DNA from: a virus | Taxonomy: Duplodnaviria > Caudoviricetes | Virus record (IMG/VR): IMGVR_UViG_3300035670_007084 | Location: 1 to 63,831 of that record | Length of the DNA stretch: 63,831 nt | Direction: 5' to 3' (one strand) | Part shown: piece by piece, positions 20,345 through 30,945 of the stretch | Layout: each line of letters opens with the position of its first letter | Numbering within the stretch: position 1 is the stretch's first letter | Program-made: the position numbers and the translations under genes | Notes under the pieces: model-generated | Told to the model about the DNA's origin: nothing | The model's database searches: none | The model's input: only the letters and a program-made list of their open reading frames with translations

Positions 20345-21090
20345 TTTTTATTCTCCTCAAGTTCTAACATTTTATACATTACTTCATAACTTATTTTTGG
20401 GAAAGCAGTAATATTACTATCAAGACTAACATTAAAAATATTGGGATGTAGTGTAGCATAATGTTCGTAATATGTCAAGTCTTTTTTTAATTTAATTTCT
20501 TGAGCAGATATTGGCTTGGTTTTATTAACTTGAAAATATACGCTTGGCTGCCCTACCCCTGTTGAAAATAACTTCTTACCGTTGTTCCACCAAGTATGCC
20601 TATCAACTTTCTCGTCATTCTTAAACCCATACTGATACCAATGGGTGTCTTTATCATTAACAGACTTCGTTCCAAAATCAAAACCACATAAAAATATTCT
20701 TTCATATCCTTTTATTATAGCAAGACTTATAGCAAATTCACCCGACATACCCATATTAGAAACACATAAAGTATTTGATTGGATCATTTCAGCAACGGAT
20801 AATTTATTACCCACTGATTTAGCATACATTGTACATGGTGATAGTCCTTTTTTTACTTCACAAGAACAATAGGTATATATAGGTATTTGTTTGGCAAGTT
20901 TGTCCATCTCTTCTTTGTTCTTATTATAGAATGCCCCATCAATAAATACCTGTGCTGTTGGAAGATAAGGCATAAACTTATAAGCATAGTTAATACCATA
21001 AATATCTTTCCCCTTTATTTTATCCCATAACCCAGTTTCAATACCTTGTCTTACACTCTTTCCACCACCTATTATAAAACATTCTTTCAT
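20341..21090 (-). CDS. Maf/DUF115/sialyltransferase-like Rossmann-fold protein
   Basis: CFIIGGGKSV, YGIN, SGEFAISLA..GYERIFLCGFD. Confidence 0.6.
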   Translation of the reverse strand: MKECFIIGGGKSVRQGIETGLWDKIKGKDIYGINYAYKFMPYLPTAQVFIDGAFYNKNKEEMDKLAKQIPIYTYCSCEVKKGLSPCTMYAKSVGNKLSVAEMIQSNTLCVSNMGMSGEFAISLAIIKGYERIFLCGFDFGTKSVNDKDTHWYQYGFKNDEKVDRHTWWNNGKKLFSTGVGQPSVYFQVNKTKPISAQEIKLKKDLTYYEHYATLHPNIFNVSLDSNITAFPKISYEVMYKMLELEENKK

Positions 21091-21275
21091 TCGTCTTTAA
21101 CCTCTATGTTTTTATATGTGTTTAGTTTTGATATAAAATTATTCATATCACTTTCTGCTAGTTCTCTAGTATGGAAACACCCCCTTGCCTCAATAAAAGC
21201 CTCGCTATTATATAACATCCAATAGTAACCTGTAAAACCTTTTTTTATATCACACTTAAATTCCATTTATTCACC

Positions 21276-21569
21276 TCATTTTTTCCTTGAATAAAAATCT
21301 CTGATGGTTTTCTTTGCTTTCTTTCTTCGTTCTATTCTTTCATCTTTTGTTGCTTCTTTATAAGTCTTTTTTTTTCCGTAATCATTACAATGAAATCCTT
21401 CTCCTCTGAATATTATATTGTCACCGCCCGTAATCAATCGTTTAATTTGATTACCACATCTAGGGCAAAGAATTTCTGGCTCTGCTTTTATGGATTGAAA
21501 GATTTCAAACAACCCACATTTAGGACATTCATAATCATACGTTGGACACATAACATTATCCTTCCTCAA
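21276..21569 (-). CDS. FmdB-family zinc-ribbon protein
   Basis: PTYDYECPKCG...CPRCG...IIFRGEGFHCNDY. Confidence 0.85.
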   Translation of the reverse strand: MRKDNVMCPTYDYECPKCGLFEIFQSIKAEPEILCPRCGNQIKRLITGGDNIIFRGEGFHCNDYGKKKTYKEATKDERIERRKKAKKTIRDFYSRKK

Positions 21570-22161
21570 TTTCGTAATGTTGTGAAAGAGTTTCTAATAC
21601 ACGACAAGACCACATATCTGCATAATGTAATAACAATGTTAATGGGAATTCTTTCTGAGCAAACTCTTTATTAGCATAAACATATTGACCATCGTGTAAA
21701 GCGATTGCTTGCATTTCTTCTGGTGTTAAATTAACAAACTTTGATACAATTATAACAGATTGATATGCCCCAATTATAGGTAAAATTCTATCGTTCTTTA
21801 CATATGGTTTCTTACTGCTTATTACTAATGGTTCGTCTTTTGTTTTACCCTTAATCATATTAGGTAAATAACAGCTATTACCGAAAGGATCACATACCTT
21901 ATGACAATCGTGAAACAACGCTGTAATAACACAGGATTCCACACTAACATCGGGTGCTATTACTTCCCTTAGTTTAAGTAATGTTTCACATACATTGATA
22001 CTATGCTCAACTAACCCACCCTCTTTATTTAAATGATACACAGAAGATGCGGGTGCTTGCTGTAAACCACATCCATCTAGGTAAGTTAATAACTTAGTAA
22101 CTTGTTTCTTTCTTTTATTACATAACTCTATATACTTACTAAACTTATGAACATTCTCCAT
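21556..22161 (-). CDS. HD-domain phosphohydrolase
   Basis: APAS..YH...GGLVEHS, HD, HDG, HYAD. Confidence 0.88.
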   Translation of the reverse strand: MENVHKFSKYIELCNKRKKQVTKLLTYLDGCGLQQAPASSVYHLNKEGGLVEHSINVCETLLKLREVIAPDVSVESCVITALFHDCHKVCDPFGNSCYLPNMIKGKTKDEPLVISSKKPYVKNDRILPIIGAYQSVIIVSKFVNLTPEEMQAIALHDGQYVYANKEFAQKEFPLTLLLHYADMWSCRVLETLSQHYEIEEG

Positions 22162-22302
22162 ACATTTCCTCCAAATAATCGTTGTAATTAAATTTTTCTC
22201 GTTGTCTTTTATATGCTTTGTTGGATTTTTTTACCTTAGTTTCGGGATTTTTGTCCCAAGTTCTTCTTATTTTTTTGTAAATATCAATTTGTTTTATCAT
22301 GG

Positions 22303-23103
22303 CTACTTAGCATTTAGTATTATGTTTTCTCGTTTCTCTTTTGGTAGTGCTTGGATACGAGTACGACTCCAACCACCACAGTCTTTACAAGTTATTCGCT
22401 TGTAAGCAGTGACATTACAGTAATATATGCCTCTGTATATCCAATTTTTACTACCACATTTGGGACATACAGTATCTTTTGCTTCAGAATACACATTAAA
22501 ATTGGGATGATTAACAATATAGGGTAATATTTTATGATAAACCTTCTCTAAAAGCACAACATCACCCTTATTATAGCATTTCATCTTACGCCAAGCAGAC
22601 GATTTGTTAGCAAGAACATCACGCCATAGTTCAAATCCCCCGGTTTTAACCTTCTGTCCAACATTAAACATTTTACCTAAGTCATTGAGTCTATTAGATG
22701 TAAACTTAAAATGTTTCTTTGCTTCTCTTAAAGTATCAATAACTTTATAGGGTGACGGTGGTGGCATCCCGTGAAACACAAATCGAGCATTTAATCTTCT
22801 GAGATCAAACTTCAATCCGTTATGTGCTATTACTATGTCAGCATCATCTAGTAACTTCCACATATCTTTTAATAGTTCTTTATCATTCTCTTGTTCCTTC
22901 TTATATAAAGGATAGTCACACAACGCTTTACAATAAACCTTATTGTTATTAAGATACTTGGCAGCCCAACTAAGAACATACCAATCATTAATAACAAAGT
23001 CGGTATTAATGCTATCTTGATACAAAGACCATATGTATGAAATCATTGGTGCTGTTTCTATGTCAAGTAATAAAATCTTTGGCTGTTTAAAATTAATCAT
23101 CAT
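22303..23103 (-). CDS. DnaQ/RNase H-like 3'-5' exonuclease with C-terminal zinc ribbon
   Basis: LDIET, HNGLKFD, YNKGDV; CPKCG...CKDCG. Confidence 0.88.
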   Translation of the reverse strand: MMINFKQPKILLLDIETAPMISYIWSLYQDSINTDFVINDWYVLSWAAKYLNNNKVYCKALCDYPLYKKEQENDKELLKDMWKLLDDADIVIAHNGLKFDLRRLNARFVFHGMPPPSPYKVIDTLREAKKHFKFTSNRLNDLGKMFNVGQKVKTGGFELWRDVLANKSSAWRKMKCYNKGDVVLLEKVYHKILPYIVNHPNFNVYSEAKDTVCPKCGSKNWIYRGIYYCNVTAYKRITCKDCGGWSRTRIQALPKEKRENIILNAK

Positions 23104-23371
23104 TAGTTACCTCTTTAGTTACTTTCTTTAGGGAGAGTTTTGCATCAAGTTGGATAGCGGTTGTGTCGTTAAGTGCTATTTCTAACACAAGCACAGGCTC
23201 CTGTTGCATTTGGTTTGCTTTCTTAATAACTCGATGCAAATATTTACTTGAAAGATTGTAGGTTTTTTTGGTGGATTTATTATAAACTGTGTATTTATTC
23301 ATTCTTACCTTCAACCAAATCGGGATTGTTTGGTTTAAAAAATTCCTTTGGCTCTCTGAGTTCAACATCAA
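23093..23371 (-). CDS. Hypothetical protein
   Basis: Tiles with neighbours; the true start is probably the internal MNKYTV. Confidence 0.5.
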   Translation of the reverse strand: MMLNSESQRNFLNQTIPIWLKVRMNKYTVYNKSTKKTYNLSSKYLHRVIKKANQMQQEPVLVLEIALNDTTAIQLDAKLSLKKVTKEVTNDD

Positions 23372-23501
23372 TAAGTTCTGTTGCCAACAGGGTATACTTA
23401 TTATCTAAACACATTAATAAATTTATATACTCAATAAAAGTTTCACATCTTGTTTCGTTTACTTGATCCGTTTCTTCATTTAACAATATAACTTTGTACA
23501 T
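23295..23501 (-). CDS. Hypothetical protein
   Basis: AAGGAG RBS immediately after the polymerase stop. Confidence 0.6.
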   Translation of the reverse strand: MYKVILLNEETDQVNETRCETFIEYINLLMCLDNKYTLLATELIDVELREPKEFFKPNNPDLVEGKNE

Positions 23502-23510
23502 GTTTGCTCC

Positions 23511-25772
23511 TTAATTAAATACTAATTCTTTCTGACCACTAACATCATAATCCCATTTTAATATTTCAAAAATCCTTTCAACTTTGTTGTCAATATTAAG
23601 CTCAATAACCTTATCCCAATCAATAAGACTCCTATCTATCTTATGTTCGTTATTTTTAAATCCTAAATGAGTGGCAGGGTGCCCAGTATTTTCTTCTCCA
23701 AACGGTAGCATATTAATAAGATAAAACCTTTCACCAAATTTTATTTCCTCTATGTTATATTTGGTTGCATTTTCTAATGCCCTCACTTGTGGTGGTGGTG
23801 GCATATTAACCACCTTGTTGTTTTGTAACTTTTCTGTTTTATATTCTTTATCATGTACCTTAACTGGTTTTGAAACTCTATATAAAGGTTCCTTTGTTAT
23901 ATCCTTACGGCATTTTATTACCCAAGCCATAATGTCACTTCTAGATTTACAATCTAGTATTTTATTAAACAAGTTAACTTGAAATTCTTTTGTGTATTCA
24001 CTAGCATCATTCCGTAAAGCTTCAATCCCACACTTATCTTCTTGAATTTCACCGCTTTTCTCTAACCTACCATAGTATCTACACTTAGCTAAGATGAATA
24101 TTGATTTGTATGTACCTTCAAAGTCAAGCTTATCAGTAACATTAATACTATATTTATCCCCCCATTCTTTTAATGATTGATTTAACACCTTAACTATGTT
24201 TGCACTACCTTGAATCATAAGACCATCCGTATCAACATATAAAAGTTTGCATTTGTTTTCTTCTATCTTACTTTTAAGAAAGTAAAGTAAATCTCTAGCA
24301 AGAAATGTAACTGATTCAGCCACCTTTAAGTCAAACAATCTAAAGAACTTATTACCTGTTGATCCATAACCAGAATTTAAAATAGCTTTGCTTGCTGCAT
24401 ACTTAATATTAACTTCATTCCATTCAGGACTATCGGGTTTGCAGTTCTTTTTCTCTTGTTTTATTTCAAGTTTCCAATCGAGTAAGTCTTTCATAACACT
24501 TGGTAAAATAGCATTGGGGTTTTTCTTAACATAATAGGAATATCTAAAGGCACCCGTTTCTCGATCCGATATATTAATGGTTGTACATCCTTCTTCAAAA
24601 GCCGTAAGAAAGTTTGTAGTATCAAGACAAAAATCCACCAGTTTTCTAGGATAATCGCTGTCCAAATCAACCTTATGCACATCAGTAAACACCCCGGTTT
24701 CAAAAGCATTACGTTCAGCACCATCATATTCAATATCAACATCACCTTTTGGCTTATTAGGTAGTATAACTGACATCTCTTTTGCTTTCTTTAATATGAG
24801 AGTATCAATAATACGAGTGTTGTTACTGTTCCACATTGGTTTGTTAAATTTACGAGTTGTTCTGCTAGGTAAATCTTCCCAATCACAGTGAATCTTTCGT
24901 CTAATAACATCAAAGTATTCAACTAAATGATATTTATCTTCAAGCTTTGCCATATCTTGAACATCTGCCATATTACGGAGCTTAACTTCTTCGCTAATCT
25001 TACTGAAATCAACATCATCATACTCTTTACCAACACCAAACTCTTGTGTTAATACAGAATCAAGTGAATAGGATATCCATTTATTAAGAGTATACTTTTT
25101 GAATAACTCCATATAGTCAAGAAAAGATGTACCGACAGGGAGATGTATATACTCACCATTATCTGTTCTATAAGCATACCTTGATTCATTAACTATACTT
25201 GCTTTATTAGCCCAATGCTTATCTCTACCTGTTAAATATGGTAAGTCAAAGTTTGTGCTGTTCCACATTAATATAACATCAAATTTAAGTTCTCTCATCT
25301 TAGCACAGAAACTATCAATAACAATAGATTCTTTTTGTGGCATAGTGCCACTTAAATCACCCACAAACCAACAATGTGTTTTCTTTGTATCATAATCAAA
25401 AAGTGATATAGCAGATATGGGTGCAGTATAAACTCCCGGTAGTGGGATAGTATCGGTCTTGACTTCAATATCAACAAACCCAATTTTAATATGTGTCTTA
25501 GTTAGATTTTTAATTTTATCCAACATATAGTTTTTAGTATATGGAATATCAACACCTAAAGCATACGGAGAAGCTTGTCGTCTAATATCTTTTGGCTCAG
25601 GGGCAAAAACCTTGCGATATGTTCCACTTATATAACCCCTATACCCACCTGTTTCATCAGGTTCAAAGTAATATGGGTAGTAAGAATTATCTACAATAAC
25701 TTTAAGCTCTGCTCCTTCTCTTAAAAATTTGTAGATAGCTCTACCATGATTGTGTAAATTAACTAGTTTCAT
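23511..25772 (-). CDS. Family B DNA polymerase with 3'-5' exonuclease domain
   Basis: ExoI VDIE, ExoII NSTNFDLPYL; motif A DLDSDYP, motif B KAILNSGYG, motif C YVDTDG; KCRY. Confidence 0.95.
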   Translation of the reverse strand: MKLVNLHNHGRAIYKFLREGAELKVIVDNSYYPYYFEPDETGGYRGYISGTYRKVFAPEPKDIRRQASPYALGVDIPYTKNYMLDKIKNLTKTHIKIGFVDIEVKTDTIPLPGVYTAPISAISLFDYDTKKTHCWFVGDLSGTMPQKESIVIDSFCAKMRELKFDVILMWNSTNFDLPYLTGRDKHWANKASIVNESRYAYRTDNGEYIHLPVGTSFLDYMELFKKYTLNKWISYSLDSVLTQEFGVGKEYDDVDFSKISEEVKLRNMADVQDMAKLEDKYHLVEYFDVIRRKIHCDWEDLPSRTTRKFNKPMWNSNNTRIIDTLILKKAKEMSVILPNKPKGDVDIEYDGAERNAFETGVFTDVHKVDLDSDYPRKLVDFCLDTTNFLTAFEEGCTTINISDRETGAFRYSYYVKKNPNAILPSVMKDLLDWKLEIKQEKKNCKPDSPEWNEVNIKYAASKAILNSGYGSTGNKFFRLFDLKVAESVTFLARDLLYFLKSKIEENKCKLLYVDTDGLMIQGSANIVKVLNQSLKEWGDKYSINVTDKLDFEGTYKSIFILAKCRYYGRLEKSGEIQEDKCGIEALRNDASEYTKEFQVNLFNKILDCKSRSDIMAWVIKCRKDITKEPLYRVSKPVKVHDKEYKTEKLQNNKVVNMPPPPQVRALENATKYNIEEIKFGERFYLINMLPFGEENTGHPATHLGFKNNEHKIDRSLIDWDKVIELNIDNKVERIFEILKWDYDVSGQKELVFN

Positions 25773-25782
25773 ATATCCTTTA

Positions 25783-26103
25783 TTAATCCCAATAGGTTGG
25801 TTTGTTTAAGAACATTACATCAGCAAATCGTTCAACATCGTGTCTATACATCAGTGTTATATTTGATTTCTTCTTACAACTAGAGCAAGTTGTTTCAATG
25901 AGAGCGCAAGTATTAACACCAGCAACTTTATAAAATGCTTTCTTTAAATCGGGTATCTTAACTTTACCATTTGCCCTAACAAATAGATAATTACTTATCT
26001 CTTTATCAGTTAATCCTAGTCTAAAATTACCGTAATGATTTATATCGGGAACTCCTGTATTTTTAAAATTAAAATACAGTTTGAGTTCCTCAAGTTTATC
26101 CAT
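25783..26103 (-). CDS. Hypothetical protein with CxxC
   Basis: Probable start MDKLEEL at 26103 with GGGG RBS. Confidence 0.6.
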   Translation of the reverse strand: MDKLEELKLYFNFKNTGVPDINHYGNFRLGLTDKEISNYLFVRANGKVKIPDLKKAFYKVAGVNTCALIETTCSSCKKKSNITLMYRHDVERFADVMFLNKPTYWD

Positions 26104-26104
26104 A

Positions 26105-26530
26105 TTACCCCACTTTCTTGATAGCTTGATATTCTTTTTCAATTGCTTTTAGCATTGATTGAAATGTTCCTATAAATTTTTCAGACATATCAACATATGC
26201 ACCAAACACATTCCTTGTTTTCCTTATTAAATCTGTGGTAACAGTGGCGGTATTTCTAGCTACTGTTATTTTTTCCGATTCACTTGCTATAATAGCCTTA
26301 CCACTAAGAGTTTCAATATGAGCATCGAGTAATACTGTTGGTAGAATTAAATCACCATAGTAACCTGAACAATAATTGAGAGCTTCCCTTATTGTATCAG
26401 CGTGAAAGTAATATCCGAGGCATAAATTATCTTTTATTTTTTCTACTTCATTGAATGTTTCTCTATATGAGAAAATTAAATCCTCATATTTTTCTCCCTC
26501 TAAAAATAATTTAATATCATTGTATCGCAT
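26105..26530 (-). CDS. Helical protein downstream of recA (possible UvsY-like mediator)
   Basis: Position and helical composition only; function is inference. Confidence 0.4.
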   Translation of the reverse strand: MRYNDIKLFLEGEKYEDLIFSYRETFNEVEKIKDNLCLGYYFHADTIREALNYCSGYYGDLILPTVLLDAHIETLSGKAIIASESEKITVARNTATVTTDLIRKTRNVFGAYVDMSEKFIGTFQSMLKAIEKEYQAIKKVG

Positions 26531-26536
26531 TATACA

Positions 26537-27490
26537 TTACTCCGATTCTTCTGTCAAGTTATCTTTTTCAGATGGTTGTGTGAATCCGCTTTCATAATAG
26601 AATAAGGTATGCCATTCTGTTCCTTCTGCTTTACACCCCGTAATCTTATGTTTTTCAATTTTAAATACTATATCAAATCCTATTGGTTTGTCAACTGTTT
26701 TTACTGATTCTTTTCCGTCTTTAATAGTATGCTCTTTAACCTTCTGTATTGGTGCATCTGTAGAAGAACCTTTACGGATATATAGGATGAGCATAGCAAA
26801 GTGTTTAAGCGCATTACCACCTGTTAATACAAGCTTATTGCCATATCCACCGATGTTTGCTCTACCTTGACCTATAAGAAACACAGCAACCTTACTTTTA
26901 AATATGTGATCCTTTGTTCCTCTTATAAACTTACCCATCTTTTTAGCAAGTAAAGCCATCTCATCTTCTTTTATTTCTCGATCCTGTGTCTTTGCTTTGG
27001 TGTTATACTGTTCTGAATGTGGACTCATTGCTTGAACGCTATCAACCACTATTAAATCAACAACATTTTCTTTTGCTAGTGTCTTACTGATTTCCATTGC
27101 CTCTTCTGCAGTTTCACATTCTTCAATAAGAACTAGTTCATCGGTATTGACACCAAATAGCTTTGCTCTTTCAGTATCCCAAGTGTGTTCTAGGTCAATT
27201 AAAGCACATATTTTTCCATTCTTCTGACTGGTAGCTATAAGACTAAGCGCACTAGCTGACTTACCACAACCAACCTCACCATAGATAACACTAAAGTTAC
27301 CCATTAAGATACCGTTGCCTATGTTTGTATCAATCGCTTCTATACCAAAGGATAATCTTTCTTTTACTTCGTGATCAGATGCGAATTTAATTACATTATC
27401 TTTATTGTTCCTATTAAACTCACCAATAATCTTAGAAAGTTTTTCTCTTCTTTTATTATTTTCTGCCTGTTCTTTAGTTTTTCTAGCCAT
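26537..27490 (-). CDS. recA: RecA/UvsX-like recombinase
   Basis: Walker A GEVGCGKS, IDLEH, Walker B VVDSV, TGGNALKH. Confidence 0.92.
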   Translation of the reverse strand: MARKTKEQAENNKRREKLSKIIGEFNRNNKDNVIKFASDHEVKERLSFGIEAIDTNIGNGILMGNFSVIYGEVGCGKSASALSLIATSQKNGKICALIDLEHTWDTERAKLFGVNTDELVLIEECETAEEAMEISKTLAKENVVDLIVVDSVQAMSPHSEQYNTKAKTQDREIKEDEMALLAKKMGKFIRGTKDHIFKSKVAVFLIGQGRANIGGYGNKLVLTGGNALKHFAMLILYIRKGSSTDAPIQKVKEHTIKDGKESVKTVDKPIGFDIVFKIEKHKITGCKAEGTEWHTLFYYESGFTQPSEKDNLTEESE

Positions 27491-27712
27491 TTATTTTCCT
27501 TTCCGGATGTGTGCTATTTCATTTTCATAAAAATAAACTGTTTGAATTTTTGCTTCATCAAAGTATCTTACTTCATATTTAATACCACATTCCGTAATCC
27601 AAATAGAAATAACCCTTCCTCTTCTCTGTAATTCTTCTATAAAAACTTCATCACATATTTTAAACTTAAAACAATTTATAATATTTAAATCTAAATTATT
27701 GTTGGCAGTCAT
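27491..27712 (-). CDS. Small SH3-like hypothetical protein
   Basis: KFKICDEV...GRVISI...YEVRY...FYENEI. Confidence 0.6.
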   Translation of the reverse strand: MTANNNLDLNIINCFKFKICDEVFIEELQRRGRVISIWITECGIKYEVRYFDEAKIQTVYFYENEIAHIRKGK

Positions 27713-28050
27713 TATTTTTCCTCCACATTATTTGCTTTATATACTATTTCAAAAAAATCATCAAGGTTTAATACGGCAAATCTATTACCGCTATTATTTT
27801 CCAATACATATAGAGGAATCTTTAATGAATAGATTGATAATGATGATGCTAATTTATTCCAAATATCTTGCTTAAAGGTTACATCTTTTGTGTTTCGTTT
27901 CTTACATTCAACTTGAAATAGTTTATTAACTACATCACTCTTAACACCCTTCGCACCTGAGGTAGAGCTACGTTTAGCATACTTATCTAATGGTAACAGT
28001 TTACTGACAACATAATCTTCTAATACATTTCCTACTTCTCGTTTGTTCAT
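27712..28050 (-). CDS. Hjc-type PD-(D/E)XK Holliday junction resolvase
   Basis: GNVLE, SGA, SDV, VECKK. Confidence 0.75.
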   Translation of the reverse strand: MNKREVGNVLEDYVVSKLLPLDKYAKRSSTSGAKGVKSDVVNKLFQVECKKRNTKDVTFKQDIWNKLASSLSIYSLKIPLYVLENNSGNRFAVLNLDDFFEIVYKANNVEEK

Positions 28051-28568
28051 TTTAACACCCCTACAATACCTAGAATAACAGCATCAATAACATTGTTATC
28101 GGCAAAATTTATTCCGGTTGTGTTAGAAAATTCTTCTTGAACTTCTTCTTTCTTTGCTTTAGATGGTAGATTTAATTTACATCTAGCTTGTGATGCAAGA
28201 ATAAATTGTGATGGTATATTTAGTTGCCGACATAAGGCATAAACAATCATCCCTATCCTTGTCATAAAGATAAGAGCTTTAACATTACGACCAAAGAATA
28301 CATCCTCAACTACTGCAAAATCAACCTTATTGTTTTTAAGTATCTCACTAAAATAACCGTATGCTATATCAAAGCGTTCCTGTTGGCTTTTAATCTTACT
28401 CATATCAAGCAAGTCGGGTGTAATATGCACATCAGTATCATCTGTTCTAACTAGTGCTATACCACTTATCGTAGCAGTATCCACACCAAAAGCACTACAG
28501 TTCTTTTTTATTCGTATATCGAGTATGTGTTCAAGTTTTTTTATACTAATTTTTATCATGATATACAC
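28047..28568 (-). CDS. ruvC: RuvC-like Holliday junction resolvase
   Basis: GVDTATISGIA, VVEDVF, AKKEEV, NNVIDAV. Confidence 0.8.
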   Translation of the reverse strand: MYIMIKISIKKLEHILDIRIKKNCSAFGVDTATISGIALVRTDDTDVHITPDLLDMSKIKSQQERFDIAYGYFSEILKNNKVDFAVVEDVFFGRNVKALIFMTRIGMIVYALCRQLNIPSQFILASQARCKLNLPSKAKKEEVQEEFSNTTGINFADNNVIDAVILGIVGVLK

Positions 28569-29073
28569 CCATTATAATACTAGCCAATTGCTTTTCTTTT
28601 GTTATGCGATAAGCAGAATCAATACGTCTATTATAGTGTTTATCTACCAACACTATCCTACTATATTCGGGAAACTGATCGCTGTCCTCTATTAATAAAT
28701 AGTTCTTATTTGATTTCAGATGATGATATTTCTCTTCTAAGCTATTAAAGAATTTAATCTTATAACCATCAAAGTGTTTGTCTAACCATCTAACGGTTTG
28801 TTCACGATATGGTTTTCTTTGAAAAGACCAAAACTCTGGCTTACTTAATAGTTCCTTAACTACTTTATAATACTTTGTTGTTGGTGCTATTTCAAAAAGG
28901 TCGGGGGTTTCTGAAAGCATAGCCCAAAAGTCTTTTCCATTATGCTTTTGGTTATAAGACTTACATCTAAAGTGATACTTATCTTCTAACACACGATATA
29001 TATCTCTTATTACACCATCAATATCGAATGCTATCCTGTTTATTTGTGTCATCATATCCATTCCTAATTTCAT
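28546..29073 (-). CDS. HAD-family 5'(3')-deoxyribonucleotidase
   Basis: FDIDGV, LIEDS, YN. Confidence 0.75.
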   Translation of the reverse strand: MKLGMDMMTQINRIAFDIDGVIRDIYRVLEDKYHFRCKSYNQKHNGKDFWAMLSETPDLFEIAPTTKYYKVVKELLSKPEFWSFQRKPYREQTVRWLDKHFDGYKIKFFNSLEEKYHHLKSNKNYLLIEDSDQFPEYSRIVLVDKHYNRRIDSAYRITKEKQLASIIMGVYHDKN

Positions 29074-30928
29074 TTGGTGTTATCTCCACTAACTCTTTTG
29101 TTTCAAAATCATATCTGCATGGAATCTTATATCCGTCTGATACATTTACTTTTCTTTCTCTCATTTTATCAATAACCCAGTAACCAAACTCTCTACTGTT
29201 CTCCTCGTAGAAATATCTAGCTGCTAGAGTTGCAAAGAATTTAACCATCTCTTTACTATACCACCCACCATCATCTTTAAGTTGCATAAATACAATGAGG
29301 AACCCACCCTTATCTAACAATTGTCTATTATAAGCTTTAAATAACTTGTCTGTTTGTGCATAGTCGGTAGGTAATAACCAATCAATAATAGATATTCTAT
29401 CTCTTTCAATAACAACTTCTTCAGGATCGCAGAACTCACCGTATCTAAAGTCCCCTTCTTTAATACCCAAGTTAAGAAGAATCTTAGCAAAGCGACCACC
29501 CGGCTCATTACAGAAATAGTCAACTGATTTACCTTGATCAACAAAATCTCTTATTAAATTAGCTGCAATAGTTGTTTTACCGTGTCCTGTTTTTAAACCG
29601 AGTATAACCATATCACCAAAGTTAAATATGTTAAGTTTACTAAAGAATTTAATTTCAAAATCCAATTGTTTCCCTAGATTAAGTAAGTCTGTTTTCCAAA
29701 CCATCTTAGGAATTAACGCATAGTTTCTACCCCTCTTATAAACACACTCGTTGTTAATAAGATATGCCAATGCCTTTTCAATAAGTTCTTTCTTTTCGTG
29801 TAGTGATTCTGCTAAATCTTTTGAACTACCAAACTCAACTAATCGTAGGTGATTAATAAGTTTAATTGCTAAATCTTTTTCATCATACTTAATATACTTA
29901 TTAAGACTACCTTTAAGAGCTTTCAGTTCTGTTTCATTAAGTGGTGGGGAAAAAAACTTTTGATTAATTAAATCAATTGTAAATTCAATCTGTTTGAATG
30001 ATAGCTCTTTCTTTAATATACCACCAAGATGAACAAGAAAGTTATTACGACCATCACCTTCTTTAAGTGTAGCAATATTGTTTGGGGTATCAACTTCGGT
30101 AGATGGTTGGTTAACTATATCTTGTGTTATTGGTTCGTCTTTTGTTTTTCTATAACACTTGAGTAACCATTCTTTTAACTCTTTTGGTATTTCACTTATG
30201 TTGTTGTCATTAATATGTTTACGAGTAAATCCACCTGTTGCAGAAGGTGCAACAACTACAAACTTCTTGTTAGAAAAAACCTCAATTGGATCACCTGTAG
30301 TGATTCTAAAATCTTTATTAGTTAGTTCTTCATCATACTTAAAAAAGAAATGAAATCCTCTTCTTGTTTCTTCTATAAGTGTAGGTATATTTTTAAATAT
30401 GTCAGGTAATTCTTTGGTATCTAATTCAACAACTGTTAGATTACTTTTTATACCACACTTTACTGCAATATTTAAACCCTTAGTATCAATCCATTCCTTC
30501 CATTCATTAATATCCTTATGAACTATTTCTTGATAACCTGTTTCGATTGGTTTCTTATCGTTCTTAATAAGCGGTATTAAATCAAAGCCGTAGTTTTTAT
30601 AGAGTTCTAAATAATAATCAGCTAAACTTTCAGATACAACATTAACATCGAGAAGATTAGAAAGATAATCTACTATCTGATTGTTTGTATAATCTACCTT
30701 ATCTTTTTCTATCTTCCTTACAAGTTGATATGGTGTGGCATAAGTAGCACAAGCAGGACAAAACATCTTGGCTGCAGAGTTAGGAATAAAATGCGCTGCC
30801 CTACCCTTTAAACACAAAGGGCATTGAAACATAGGTCGTTTAGTTCTGTTGTTTATAAAGATTTCTGGAAGGATTTTTTTAATATACCTTAAAATAACTT
30901 CTTCATTAAATAGCTTGTATAATTCCAT
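29018..30928 (-). CDS. Primase-helicase: Zn finger + AEP Prim-Pol + PriCT + P-loop ATPase
   Basis: CPLC/CPAC; KKP, NIAVKCG..LTVVELD, TRRGFHFFF, VVVAPS; GDGRNN; GHGKTT, IIDW. Confidence 0.85.
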   Translation of the reverse strand: MELYKLFNEEVILRYIKKILPEIFINNRTKRPMFQCPLCLKGRAAHFIPNSAAKMFCPACATYATPYQLVRKIEKDKVDYTNNQIVDYLSNLLDVNVVSESLADYYLELYKNYGFDLIPLIKNDKKPIETGYQEIVHKDINEWKEWIDTKGLNIAVKCGIKSNLTVVELDTKELPDIFKNIPTLIEETRRGFHFFFKYDEELTNKDFRITTGDPIEVFSNKKFVVVAPSATGGFTRKHINDNNISEIPKELKEWLLKCYRKTKDEPITQDIVNQPSTEVDTPNNIATLKEGDGRNNFLVHLGGILKKELSFKQIEFTIDLINQKFFSPPLNETELKALKGSLNKYIKYDEKDLAIKLINHLRLVEFGSSKDLAESLHEKKELIEKALAYLINNECVYKRGRNYALIPKMVWKTDLLNLGKQLDFEIKFFSKLNIFNFGDMVILGLKTGHGKTTIAANLIRDFVDQGKSVDYFCNEPGGRFAKILLNLGIKEGDFRYGEFCDPEEVVIERDRISIIDWLLPTDYAQTDKLFKAYNRQLLDKGGFLIVFMQLKDDGGWYSKEMVKFFATLAARYFYEENSREFGYWVIDKMRERKVNVSDGYKIPCRYDFETKELVEITPNEIRNGYDDTNKQDSIRY

Positions 30929-30945
30929 TGTTGTCCTTTGTTTAA

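Noticed and set aside
17294-22161. Z-genome (2-aminoadenine) or 7-deazaguanine pathway suggested by DUF5664 plus the HD hydrolase
   Set aside because: No PurZ, DpdA or Que/FolE genes in the window, and both families occur widely without these pathways.
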